A stretch of DNA of 64,000 nucleotides from Vulcanimicrobiota bacterium (lineage in GTDB: Bacteria; Vulcanimicrobiota; Vulcanimicrobiia; Vulcanimicrobiales; Vulcanimicrobiaceae), in NCBI GenBank assembly GCA_963777315.1, contig CAVZQC010000002.1, positions 704,001 to 768,000 of the forward strand. The letters are read 5' to 3'. A program made the translations under genes and the position numbers. Below the pieces are notes generated by a model. The model saw nothing but the letters and a program-made list of their open reading frames with translations, had not been told where the DNA came from and ran no database searches. Positions 11,801 through 20,865 of this stretch are shown here, piece after piece (the first letter of the stretch is position 1; each line of letters starts with the position of its first letter).

Positions 11801-13090
11801 TTACACGCCCGCGCGCGGAAGCGCAAACCAAAAAGTCGTAAGCTTATTGGGTTCGCTGTCGTAGTCGATGCTGCCGTGCATGAGCGATACCAGCTCCGAG
11901 CAGATATACAGGCCCAGGCCAATCGACGCATCGCTTTCTCCGCCCGCGCGGCCGAAGCGAGTAAAAATCTTCTTTCGGTCTTCTTCGGAAACCCCGGGGC
12001 CTTCGTTTTTCACTGCAAACGTCACGCAATCGTGGGACGCTTTGATTTCGACCGCGATGACCGATTCGGCCGTGGAGTATTTGGCGGCGTTGGACAGTAT
12101 GTTGGTCAGCACTTGGACGACGCGCCCTTCATCCGCATACACGCGAGGCAGCGGCGCCAGATAGAGGATGCGAAATTCTCTTTCCGGATGCTGGCTTTCC
12201 ATTCGTTTGACGGATTCCTCGACGACCAGAATGGGGTCCACGTTCTCCAGGCGCAGCGTAAGCCGGCCGGCATCCATCCGCGAAAGAAGTAAGAAGTCTT
12301 CGAAGATAGCCGACAGGCGCGCTGTGGCCGAACTCAGCACGCCGAGCAGTTCGTCGCGGCGTTCCACCGTCAGGGAATCGAAATGCGACGCGACCAGCGC
12401 GGTGGCGCCGCGAATGGCGGCCAGCGGGGAACGCACTTCGTGTGCGACCATGCTGAAGAACTCGCTCTGCGCGCGCGACGTTTGTTCCATCAAGCGGCGC
12501 CGTTCGATTTCGGCCGCGTGTCCGCGCGCGTTATCGAGCGCAAGTCCGACCAGGTTAACGAAGAGCTGCATTTCGCGCAACGTCTCGTCCGAGGGGACGC
12601 GGCCGTCCAGCGGCCCGTCGACCGAGATGTAGCCCAGCATTTCACCGGCCCGGTCGGGAAGAACCAGGGTCAGCGAATCGTGCTCGTGCCACATTCCCGG
12701 CCCGGCACGTTTCTTGTCGAGTGGAACGTCGGCCGTGTAGAGATTGTAATCCCAGATTTGCGGACGCTCGGCCGGGATGTAAAAGCAGTGCGGCACCACT
12801 TCATATGCCGGAAGCAGCAGTTGCACGATGGCTTCGCGCGGCACCGGTTCGCCCAGGCGTTCCCTTACCGTCTCTTCCGGAAAACCGATGATCACCCGCC
12901 GCGACATCTCGCCGCGCGGTACGTCGGATGCCACCATCGAAACGTAGCGCCACCCGTACAGCTCCGAAAGGCCGCGCGCGATCGAGTTGAGCGCGGGGCC
13001 GATGTCCTCGGCCTGGCGGATCTCGCCGGTGATTTCAAAGAGCCGCTGCAGCGTACGGCCTTCGTGCGATTGCTCGCGCAGAGTCCCCAC
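11801..13090 (-). CDS. GAF-like sensor histidine kinase
   Basis: H-box VAHEVRSPL, N-box NILSNAAKY, G-boxes NEGPG and GLGL. GTG start at 13090 is inferred; the frame is open to 13213. Confidence 0.88.
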   Translation of the reverse strand: MGTLREQSHEGRTLQRLFEITGEIRQAEDIGPALNSIARGLSELYGWRYVSMVASDVPRGEMSRRVIIGFPEETVRERLGEPVPREAIVQLLLPAYEVVPHCFYIPAERPQIWDYNLYTADVPLDKKRAGPGMWHEHDSLTLVLPDRAGEMLGYISVDGPLDGRVPSDETLREMQLFVNLVGLALDNARGHAAEIERRRLMEQTSRAQSEFFSMVAHEVRSPLAAIRGATALVASHFDSLTVERRDELLGVLSSATARLSAIFEDFLLLSRMDAGRLTLRLENVDPILVVEESVKRMESQHPEREFRILYLAPLPRVYADEGRVVQVLTNILSNAAKYSTAESVIAVEIKASHDCVTFAVKNEGPGVSEEDRKKIFTRFGRAGGESDASIGLGLYICSELVSLMHGSIDYDSEPNKLTTFWFALPRAGV

Positions 13091-13159
13091 GATTGGATAT
13101 ACTTCGCCGGATGCCGCGCAAATAGCCTTTGCGGCGCGCGGCGCGGGTATAACGCCGAA

Positions 13160-13996
13160 ATGCGAGCGGCCTGGCGCGTTTTGCGCGCCACCATCAATGG
13201 CTGGCACAAACACAATGACAGCCGTCTGGCGGCTGCGCTGGCCTTTTATGCGGTTTTCTCCCTTGCGCCGCTGCTGCTGCTCATAATCGCGGCCGTCGGA
13301 CTGATTTACGGCAGCACTCGCGCGCAGGAGGAGATCCAGAACCAGCTCACCGGCGTCATCGGAACGACGGGCTCAAGCGTCGTGCACGTACTGCTGGGCG
13401 CGTTTTCGCGGCACGGTCCCGGACGCCTTACGCTGTTTGTGGGCGGCCTGCTGATCGTCGTGTATGCGGCCGGCCTTTTTCTGCAACTGCAAAACGCGCT
13501 CGACGACATTTGGGAGGTCAAAGAGGCGGATAAGGGAGGCATCGTACGCGTCGTGCTTTTCCGCGCGCACGTGTTGCTGACTATTGCGGCGCTGGCGATT
13601 ATTGCGATGGGAGCGTTTGCAGGCGTCGATTTGATGGCGGCTTTGGCGCGGTCGGCCGGCGGGTCCCCGGTGGCGGCGCATCGCGCCATCGAAACGGCCA
13701 GCATCTTGCTCAACATCGGCGCGCTGGCTGCGTTTTTGACCATTACGTATCGTACGCTGCCGCAAATCGACGTCGGATGGACGAGCGCGGCAATCGGCGG
13801 GATCATCACGACCGTCACGCTCGTATTGGGTGAAGCGGGCCTTTCGCTGTACTTTGCGCACGCGCATCCCGAGGCAGCGTACGGAACGGTTGCATCGTTC
13901 GTCATCCTGCTGCTATGGGTGCACTATTCGGCCGTGCTGCTGCTATTCGGCGCGGAGCTTACCCGCACCATCGAAACCGGTGCGGCTTCGCCTTAA
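13160..13996 (+). CDS. YihY/BrkB family membrane protein
   Basis: AAALAFYAVFSLAP, YGTVASFVILLLWVHYS and FGAE motifs; multiple TM helices. Confidence 0.9.
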   Translation: MRAAWRVLRATINGWHKHNDSRLAAALAFYAVFSLAPLLLLIIAAVGLIYGSTRAQEEIQNQLTGVIGTTGSSVVHVLLGAFSRHGPGRLTLFVGGLLIVVYAAGLFLQLQNALDDIWEVKEADKGGIVRVVLFRAHVLLTIAALAIIAMGAFAGVDLMAALARSAGGSPVAAHRAIETASILLNIGALAAFLTITYRTLPQIDVGWTSAAIGGIITTVTLVLGEAGLSLYFAHAHPEAAYGTVASFVILLLWVHYSAVLLLFGAELTRTIETGAASP

Positions 13997-14637
13997 TCGC
14001 CGGACGTTTTACGTTTCCTAGAGTCGCGCATCACTTGCGCCGTAGCGCGGTCGAGCGCATCGCTCGACGATTCCAGTGCCTCGATTGCGCCGGCTGCGTC
14101 TGCGTCCTCCGCGTGCTGGCTCATTTTCCACTTGCCGTACAGTCGCTCTATGACGAACGTCAATCCCACGATGCCGTCGAGCTGCGAACGAATGTATTCC
14201 GCCGGAGCATCGCTCACGCGCCATGGTGCTTCCCGACCGGTTTCGTGAAGATCCGTCAACCGCGTAACGAGCGCGAGCAGCTCCGTGCGGTCTTCAATGG
14301 CCTGCAGCGTTCCGTGTGCGTGCACGGCGACGTAATTCCAGGTAGGCACGGTCTTGCCGGTTTCCCGAGTGGTGGCGTAAAACGCGGGGCTCAGATATGC
14401 ATCGGGACCGGTAAAGATTGCCAGGGCTTCACCGCCGTGCCGCCACTGTTCATTTCCCCTGGACACGTGGCACAACAGCCTGCCGTACGGTTTCGGTTCT
14501 TCATTCAGCATCATCGGCAAATGGCTTGCGAACAAGCCGCTCGGACCGTGTGTGACCAAGGTTGCCAGCCGCGTCGCGCGGATCGCGCGGTGAATCGCTT
14601 CGATGTCGTGCTGGCGAAAATGCGGCGGCAAATACAC
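13993..14637 (-). CDS. PaiB-like (FMN-binding split-barrel) protein
   Basis: MYLPPHF start, HVSRGN, YLSP, VPTWNYVAVH, GKWKMSQ. Confidence 0.9.
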   Translation of the reverse strand: MYLPPHFRQHDIEAIHRAIRATRLATLVTHGPSGLFASHLPMMLNEEPKPYGRLLCHVSRGNEQWRHGGEALAIFTGPDAYLSPAFYATTRETGKTVPTWNYVAVHAHGTLQAIEDRTELLALVTRLTDLHETGREAPWRVSDAPAEYIRSQLDGIVGLTFVIERLYGKWKMSQHAEDADAAGAIEALESSSDALDRATAQVMRDSRKRKTSGD

Positions 14638-16067
14638 TAGCCGATATCCCGCAAGATGCCGCGCAGCGCGTCGAGCAGCACGTCGAAATCGGCCTGTGTG
14701 GAGCGATGGTTGGTGATGCAGACGCGCATTGCGCGACGGCCGCCGATCGTCGTGGCCGAAATGACTGCCGCGCCGCTCTCCTGCAAACGAATTACCGCTT
14801 CATCCGTGAGGCGATCGGCTTGCGGCTGCGGCATGCCTGTTGCGTTCGGGCGAAAACACACGATGTTCAGCTCCACCGGCGCAGCGAGTTCGAACGCCGG
14901 ATCGGCGGCTACTCGCGACTCCAAATAGCGCGCTTGTTCGCAATTGCGTTCGATCGCCCGAGCGAGCGCGTCTGCGCCATGCTCCTTGATGGTGAACCAA
15001 ACTTTGAGCGCGCGGAATCCCCGCGAGAGATCGGGTCCGTAATCGGTGAACCATGGTGAGCCGCCCGCTAGACCGCGCGACGCTCGCGTCAGGTATGGGC
15101 CCTCGGAGGCGAAGGCCGCGCGTTGCATCTCGCCGTCGCGCACCAGCACGCAGCCGGCATCGTACGGCACGTGCAGCCATTTGTGAAAATCGAAGGCAAT
15201 GGAATCGGCGCTCTCGATGCCGCGCAGTTTCGGCCGAATTGTCGTGGAAAGGTATGCAGGTGCGCCAAGCGCGCCGTCGATGTGAAACCACACGCGTTCG
15301 TCATGGGCGACGTTTGCCAGCCCGTCGAGCGGATCGATGGCTCCGACGTCGACCGTGCCCGCGTTGCCGATAAGCAAAAACGGCCGCAAACCGGCTGCGC
15401 GATCGGCGCGAATCTGCTTTCGCGCTGCCTTGGGATCGACCCGATGCGACGCATCGGCCGGCAATACGCGAAGGTTCGCGCCGCCCAATCCGGCATTTTC
15501 GAACGCCTTGCGCACCGAAGCGTGCGTTGCGCTCGACGCGTATCCCACCAGTTGCGAGTGGCCTTGATCCAGTCCGTTCTCGCGCACCTGCGCGCCCAGC
15601 GCAGCGTTTCGAGCAACCACGATTGCGATGAAATTTGCGGCTGAAGTTCCGGTCACGAGCAAACCACCCGCAGTGGCGGGCCAGCCGAACAGATCGCGAA
15701 ACCAGCCGATGACTTGCCGTTCCACGTATACCGCACCGTGATCGCGGCCGCCGACGTTGGCGTTCATCGTGGCGGCCAGCAAATCCGCAAGCGCTCCCGA
15801 CGGCGAACCGGTACCGTGCACCCAACCCCAAAAACGCGGATGGATGTTCCCGGTCGCGTACGGCATGACGTCGAGCGAAAACTCGCGATAAACGTCTTCG
15901 AAGCTCGACGGCTCGCTCGGAAGCGGCGATGAAAGCCGGGCCTTGACTTCTTGCGGCACCGGACGCCACACGGGGCGCTCGCGTACGTCGCGCAGATAGT
16001 CGACCGCGTCGTCGAGCGCGCGGTGCGCTTGCGCTCGAAAGCGTTCCCAATCAGCTGGATCGAGCAC
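14637..16067 (-). CDS. Group II PLP-dependent decarboxylase (aromatic-L-amino-acid decarboxylase-like)
   Basis: HPRFWGW, WFHIDGA and the PLP-lysine motif DFHKWLHVPY. Confidence 0.92.
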   Translation of the reverse strand: MLDPADWERFRAQAHRALDDAVDYLRDVRERPVWRPVPQEVKARLSSPLPSEPSSFEDVYREFSLDVMPYATGNIHPRFWGWVHGTGSPSGALADLLAATMNANVGGRDHGAVYVERQVIGWFRDLFGWPATAGGLLVTGTSAANFIAIVVARNAALGAQVRENGLDQGHSQLVGYASSATHASVRKAFENAGLGGANLRVLPADASHRVDPKAARKQIRADRAAGLRPFLLIGNAGTVDVGAIDPLDGLANVAHDERVWFHIDGALGAPAYLSTTIRPKLRGIESADSIAFDFHKWLHVPYDAGCVLVRDGEMQRAAFASEGPYLTRASRGLAGGSPWFTDYGPDLSRGFRALKVWFTIKEHGADALARAIERNCEQARYLESRVAADPAFELAAPVELNIVCFRPNATGMPQPQADRLTDEAVIRLQESGAAVISATTIGGRRAMRVCITNHRSTQADFDVLLDALRGILRDIG

Positions 16068-17325
16068 GGTCGATTAGACGTTCGAAGGCAGTGAATATGC
16101 GCTGTGCCGCAGGCCGCTTGTAGGCGTAGAGCGCCGGATCGTCGTTCGCGTGCACGATCATGGCCGGATCGGCTTCAAATACAAGGAGGCGGCCTTGACG
16201 GTCGATCGAGCAATCTAATCCGAAGTAGTCCAGCTGTACGACGCCGGCGAGATCGCGCAACGCTCGCTGCAGCGGCGGCCCGAAAACGGCTTCGAGGTCG
16301 TCCAAAAACCGGCGTTCTTCCTCGCGCATCCAAGCATGCTCGGCCATAGGCGCGTTGTAGTAGTGTATCATCCAGTTCGGTGAGATCGCCAGGTGGAACG
16401 GATACGGTTCGCCGTTTACGAAGATGATGCGGTACTTTCGAAAAAAGCCGTCTTCGCTGCGGTAATCGACGAAGGGCGTCAGGTAGTATTCGCGGGCTTC
16501 AACCGCAACCAGATACGCGTCCAGATCTTCGCTTTGCTCGATGCGCTTTAATCCGCGGCCCGCGTGCGACCCCAACGGCCGGATGAGCAGCGGAAAAGCG
16601 GTCGTGAAGTTCCTCTCGCGCACGTCGCTGCCGCAAACGACTTCGACGGCAGGCGCGAGCAACCCGGGGACGTTGCGCAATGCGTTTGCAAGGACGGCGC
16701 GGCCGGTAGCAAGGACGCGACTGGGCGCATTGAAAGACGGGATCGAAAGCCGTGACAGCGTCTGCTGCGCGAGTTCGAGCGCGACGAGGTTTTCTTCGGA
16801 TTCGGCGATCGCCATGAATGCCGCGTCCACTGCAGGCACTGGGGTGGCCTGGACCTGCTGCGTTGAGAGCAAGTAGAGCTTGTGCAGCGTCGTGGTCTGC
16901 CTATCAATCAAAAAGTCGACGGGCACATTGGCCTGCCAGTCGCCCGGCGCAAGTAGGACGAGCAGTCGCCTTTGTTCGCGCGGCGCGATCTCGCTGAACA
17001 ACGTTTCGCACGCGAGCGCCTGCCGTTGATGGCGTAGCGCAGCCGCATTGTCGCCCGCGATCTGCTCGAGTTCGTACATCGCCAAGTGCGCCGGCACGCT
17101 TTCCGGCTCGATTTCCAGCCAACGCGAGTATGCGCATTTCGCTTCGTCGTGCCGTCCGAGTTCGAACAGCGTGCGCGCGAGATTTGCCTGAACTTGCGCC
17201 AAGTGCGGCTGTTGGGCTGCCGCTTCGCGGAAGGCCGCGGCGGCTTCTTCCGTACGCCCTTGCGAGCGCAAAAGCACGCCTTGCCGGCTAAGCGCTATGA
17301 CGTGCGGATTCGGCGCGCTCACCAA
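16051..17325 (-). CDS. TPR-repeat protein with C-terminal ATP-grasp-like domain
   Basis: TPR-like helices at the N-terminus. FPLLIRPLGSHAGRG, FRKYR and LDYFGLDC...LVFEAD resemble RimK/GshB-type ATP-grasp motifs. Confidence 0.8.
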   Translation of the reverse strand: MVSAPNPHVIALSRQGVLLRSQGRTEEAAAAFREAAAQQPHLAQVQANLARTLFELGRHDEAKCAYSRWLEIEPESVPAHLAMYELEQIAGDNAAALRHQRQALACETLFSEIAPREQRRLLVLLAPGDWQANVPVDFLIDRQTTTLHKLYLLSTQQVQATPVPAVDAAFMAIAESEENLVALELAQQTLSRLSIPSFNAPSRVLATGRAVLANALRNVPGLLAPAVEVVCGSDVRERNFTTAFPLLIRPLGSHAGRGLKRIEQSEDLDAYLVAVEAREYYLTPFVDYRSEDGFFRKYRIIFVNGEPYPFHLAISPNWMIHYYNAPMAEHAWMREEERRFLDDLEAVFGPPLQRALRDLAGVVQLDYFGLDCSIDRQGRLLVFEADPAMIVHANDDPALYAYKRPAAQRIFTAFERLIDRARSS

Positions 17326-17387
17326 ATTTTTATCCTCGGCGCTCGTACTCTCATCGATTTAGCAGACTTGCGCCGTAACCTTAAAGC

Positions 17388-17864
17388 ATGAAAACGCAGA
17401 TCATTCGCTCCGGCGTTGCGGCACTCGCTCTCGGCGCGGTGCTGGTCTCGGCAACGGGATTGCCGGCGAAAGCCGATACGAACTCCACTCGAACCATCAT
17501 CTACGGTGCAGCCGCTGCGGCGGCGGCGTTCACGCTCTATAACGTGGAGCATAAGCACGCTCTTGCAACGACGGTGCAAGGCTACCTGCCGGACGGCTCG
17601 GTCGTCTATGAGGACGGGCACGTCGTTTCCCCGAACGGGCAGAGCTGGTACCCGGGCAATTACGGCCAGACCGTCGCGTGCAGCAATCAGTACTGTTCGA
17701 TAAACGGCAGCAATAACGGTGGATACTACGGTTATAACAACGGCGGCTATAACAACGGCGGCTATAACAACACCGGCGGCTATTACGGCTACAACAACGG
17801 CGGGTATTACGGGCAAAGCACGGTTCGGCGCAGCGAACGCCATCGCGGAAATAATCCGAGCTGA
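17388..17864 (+). CDS. Secreted hypothetical protein with Gly/Tyr/Asn-rich tail
   Basis: Signal peptide ending PAKA; two Cys; NNGGY repeats. Confidence 0.8.
   Translation: MKTQIIRSGVAALALGAVLVSATGLPAKADTNSTRTIIYGAAAAAAAFTLYNVEHKHALATTVQGYLPDGSVVYEDGHVVSPNGQSWYPGNYGQTVACSNQYCSINGSNNGGYYGYNNGGYNNGGYNNTGGYYGYNNGGYYGQSTVRRSERHRGNNPS
17712..17813 (+). repeat. Coding tandem repeat (TATAACAACGGCGGC-like, encoding YNNGG)
   Basis: Exact 15-nt copies at 17733-17747 and 17748-17762, plus degenerate flanking copies. Confidence 0.85.
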
Positions 17865-17980
17865 TTCGGCGCAGGCCGACGGTTCGCTGAAAGACGGAAC
17901 GTCGGTCCGCTCGGAACGGCGCCGCCGCTGAAAAAAGGCAAATAAGAGCAACGAAATTAACGAAGACCTCTGAAGATTAT

Positions 17981-18074
17981 GGGAGAGTACGGGTCTGGTG
18001 GCCCGCACGGTCTTCAAAACCGCTGAGGCCGTCGCAAGGCGGCCGGTAGGTTCGATTCCTACACTTTCCCGCCA
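17981..18074 (+). tRNA. selC: tRNA-Sec (anticodon UCA)
   Basis: 8-bp acceptor GGGAGAGT/ACTTTCCC, 6-bp D stem with 4-nt loop, anticodon loop CTTCAAA, long variable arm GGCCGTC-GCAA-GGCGGCC, T arm GTAGG-TTCGATT-CCTAC, G discriminator and encoded CCA. This is the bacterial 8/5 fold. Confidence 0.97.
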
Positions 18075-18251
18075 GCCGCACGGCCCAACGACACGACCGA
18101 CGCGCTTTTCAGGGTGGGGCGCCATCCCGCCTCACGTTAGACGGCGTTATGGGTGCACATACTCGATCGGCTTGCAGGATCGCAAAATGGAGTACATCGA
18201 GACGCACATCAAGGAAATCAGCCCGCAAGTTCTTATAACGCCGTAGAGCCC

Positions 18252-19139
18252 ATGGCAGACTTCACCCTTTCGAATGCTGCCGGAGCGCACGTTACGCTGG
18301 CGACGCTCGGAGCTGCCATTACGGGAATCTTCGTGCCCGACAAAATTGGGCGCTTGGCAGACGTCACCGTCCCCGCCGGAGCGAGCGCAGGCAAGACGAT
18401 CGGACGCTACGCCAACCGCATCGCGCGCGGGCAGCTTTCGTTGGACGGCACGACCTATGCGCTCGCGCTAAACGAAGGACGGAACACCCTTCACGGCGGC
18501 CCGGATGGTTTCTCCAAACGCGAATGGTCCATCGTCGAGCGTACGGACTCGTCGATTGAATTTCTGCTACGCAGTCCCGACGGAGATCAGGGCTTCCCCG
18601 GAGCAATGGAATGTCACGTTCGCTACAGGTGGAACGCCAGCAACGAATTATCCTTGGAGTATGCGGCCACAACCGACGCACCGACGGTCATCAACCTCAC
18701 CAATCACGTCTATTTTAACCTGAGCGCCGGAAAAAGCGCCGACATATCGCAGCACGAGCTGCAGATCGCGGCATCGGCATACACGCCGCTGGACGGCGAA
18801 CTCATACCGACGGGAGAAATCGCCGGAGTTCAAGGCACGGCATTCGATTTTCGTACGATGCGGCCGATCGGCGATCGCATGTACGACTGCAACTTCGTTT
18901 TGGACGGTTGGACCGGCAATCTCGCGTACGCCGCCCAGGCGCGGGATCCGCTGTCGGGCCGATGCGTGGTCGTGAAAACAACGCAGCCGGGTCTGCAACT
19001 GTATACCGGCAAGCCGGGAGCATTTGCGTTAGAAACGCAGCACTTCGCCGACGCGCCGCACCATCCGAATTTCCCCACGACCGTGCTGCGCCCGGGGGAA
19101 ACGTTTCGCGCGACCACCGTATACGGATTCACCGCCTGA
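18252..19139 (+). CDS. galM: Aldose 1-epimerase (galactose mutarotase)
   Basis: GRYANRI, LHGG, NLTNHVYFNL, ALETQHF. Confidence 0.93.
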   Translation: MADFTLSNAAGAHVTLATLGAAITGIFVPDKIGRLADVTVPAGASAGKTIGRYANRIARGQLSLDGTTYALALNEGRNTLHGGPDGFSKREWSIVERTDSSIEFLLRSPDGDQGFPGAMECHVRYRWNASNELSLEYAATTDAPTVINLTNHVYFNLSAGKSADISQHELQIAASAYTPLDGELIPTGEIAGVQGTAFDFRTMRPIGDRMYDCNFVLDGWTGNLAYAAQARDPLSGRCVVVKTTQPGLQLYTGKPGAFALETQHFADAPHHPNFPTTVLRPGETFRATTVYGFTA

Positions 19140-19182
19140 CGATCGGAATGTCCGCCTGACCGGCGCAGCGAAACGCCCCACC

Positions 19183-20853
19183 GTGTCGGAATACATCTAT
19201 CAAATGTATCGCGTCGGCAAGACGGTCCCGCCGAAGCGAACGATCCTCAAAGACATCTCGCTCAGTTTCTTTGCCGGCGCGAAGATCGGCATCATCGGGC
19301 TCAACGGCGCCGGAAAATCGTCGCTGCTGCGAATCATGGCCGGCGTCGACACCGAATTCGAAGGCGAGGCCAAGCCGATGCCGGGCATCTCGATCGGCTA
19401 TCTCGAGCAAGAGCCAAAGCTCGATCCCGGCAAAACCGTTCGGCAAACGGTGGAAGAGGCTTTAAGCGAGATTTTTTCCGCGCGTAAGCGCCTGGAAGCC
19501 GTTTACGCCGCATACGGTGATGAGGGCGCCGACTTCGACAAACTCGCGCAAGAGCAAGCCGAACTCGAAGCGATTCTGGCTTCGCAGGATGCCGATACGC
19601 TCGATCTGCAGCTGGAGATCGCCGCCGACGCGCTGCGCCTTCCGCCGTGGGACGCAACCGTCGGACCGCTGTCGGGCGGCGAAAAGCGCCGTGTCGCGCT
19701 GTGCAGGCTGCTGCTCTCCAAACCCGACATGCTGCTGCTGGATGAGCCCACCAATCACTTGGACGCCGAGAGCGTCGAATGGCTCGAACAATTCTTGCAG
19801 CGCTTTGCGGGAACCGTCGTCGCCGTAACGCACGATCGCTATTTTTTGGATAATGCGGCCGGCTGGATATTGGAGCTCGACCGCGGGCGCGGTATTCCGT
19901 GGAAGGGCAATTACAGCTCGTGGCTGGATCAGAAGCAGGAGCGGCTTGCTGCAGAGGAAGCAGCGGAAAGCGCGCGTCAGAAGGCGCTCAAGCGCGAACT
20001 CGAATGGGTGCGGTCGTCGTCCCGGGCCCGTCAATCCAAGAACAAAAGCCGGATGCTTCGTTTCGAAGAGCTCTCGAGCTACGAACACCAGCGCCGCAAC
20101 GAAACGCAGGAGATATTCATCCCCGTTGCCGATCGCCTAGGCGATCGCGTGGTCGAAGTGACGAACGTCCGCAAAGCGTACGGCGACCGGCTTCTTATGG
20201 ACGACGTATCGTTTCGTGTGCCGCCCGGTGCGATCGTAGGCATCATCGGGCCCAACGGCGCAGGCAAATCGACGCTGTTCCGCATGATCTCGGGCAAAGA
20301 GCAACCCGACGCGGGCGAGATATTCATCGGGCCGACGGCGCACCTCGCGGTCGTCGATCAGAGCCGCGAAGCGCTGCAAAACGATAAAACGGTATTCGGC
20401 GAAGTCAGCGGCGGCCTCGACGTTCTGCGCATCGGACGCTTCGAGATGTCGTCGCGCGCGTATCTGAGCCGTTTCAACTTCAAAGGCGGAGACCAGCAAA
20501 AGCCCGTCGGCAATCTGTCCGGCGGCGAGCGCGGCCGTTTGCACCTGGCCAAGACGCTGCTCGCCGGTGCAAACGTGCTGCTGCTCGACGAACCGTCCAA
20601 CGACCTCGACGTCGAAACGCTGCGCGCGCTCGAAGACGCGCTCAGTGAGTTTGCGGGAACGGTTTTGGTCGTCAGCCACGATCGCTGGTTCCTCGATCGG
20701 ATCGCGACCCATATCTTGGCCTTCGAAGACGAGTCGCGCGTGTATTTCTTTGAAGGCAATTATCACGAGTACGAGCAGAACAAACTCGAGCGCCTGGGCG
20801 AAGAAGCGTCGCGCCCGCATCGCATTCGCTACAAGCCGCTCACGCTAAAATAG
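19183..20853 (+). CDS. ettA: Energy-dependent translational throttle protein (ABC-F)
   Basis: Two ABC domains (GLNGAGKS, GPNGAGKS), no TM segments, and a typical PHRIRYKPL C-terminus. Confidence 0.95.
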   Translation: MSEYIYQMYRVGKTVPPKRTILKDISLSFFAGAKIGIIGLNGAGKSSLLRIMAGVDTEFEGEAKPMPGISIGYLEQEPKLDPGKTVRQTVEEALSEIFSARKRLEAVYAAYGDEGADFDKLAQEQAELEAILASQDADTLDLQLEIAADALRLPPWDATVGPLSGGEKRRVALCRLLLSKPDMLLLDEPTNHLDAESVEWLEQFLQRFAGTVVAVTHDRYFLDNAAGWILELDRGRGIPWKGNYSSWLDQKQERLAAEEAAESARQKALKRELEWVRSSSRARQSKNKSRMLRFEELSSYEHQRRNETQEIFIPVADRLGDRVVEVTNVRKAYGDRLLMDDVSFRVPPGAIVGIIGPNGAGKSTLFRMISGKEQPDAGEIFIGPTAHLAVVDQSREALQNDKTVFGEVSGGLDVLRIGRFEMSSRAYLSRFNFKGGDQQKPVGNLSGGERGRLHLAKTLLAGANVLLLDEPSNDLDVETLRALEDALSEFAGTVLVVSHDRWFLDRIATHILAFEDESRVYFFEGNYHEYEQNKLERLGEEASRPHRIRYKPLTLK

Positions 20854-20865
20854 AAGGGACACCGC

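Noticed and set aside
17712..17813. Short repeats as a CRISPR array
   Set aside because: These are in-frame 15-nt coding repeats without unique spacers, and no cas genes are present.
17862..17945. Possible Sec readthrough of the UGA ending the GYN-rich gene, followed by a hairpin
   Set aside because: There is no redox-motif context and the extension looks non-coding. The hairpin is more simply a terminator or processing stem.
18075..18250. Possible integrated element at selC, a known integration hotspot
   Set aside because: No integrase follows, no duplicated tRNA 3' end was noticed, and galM begins within 180 nt.
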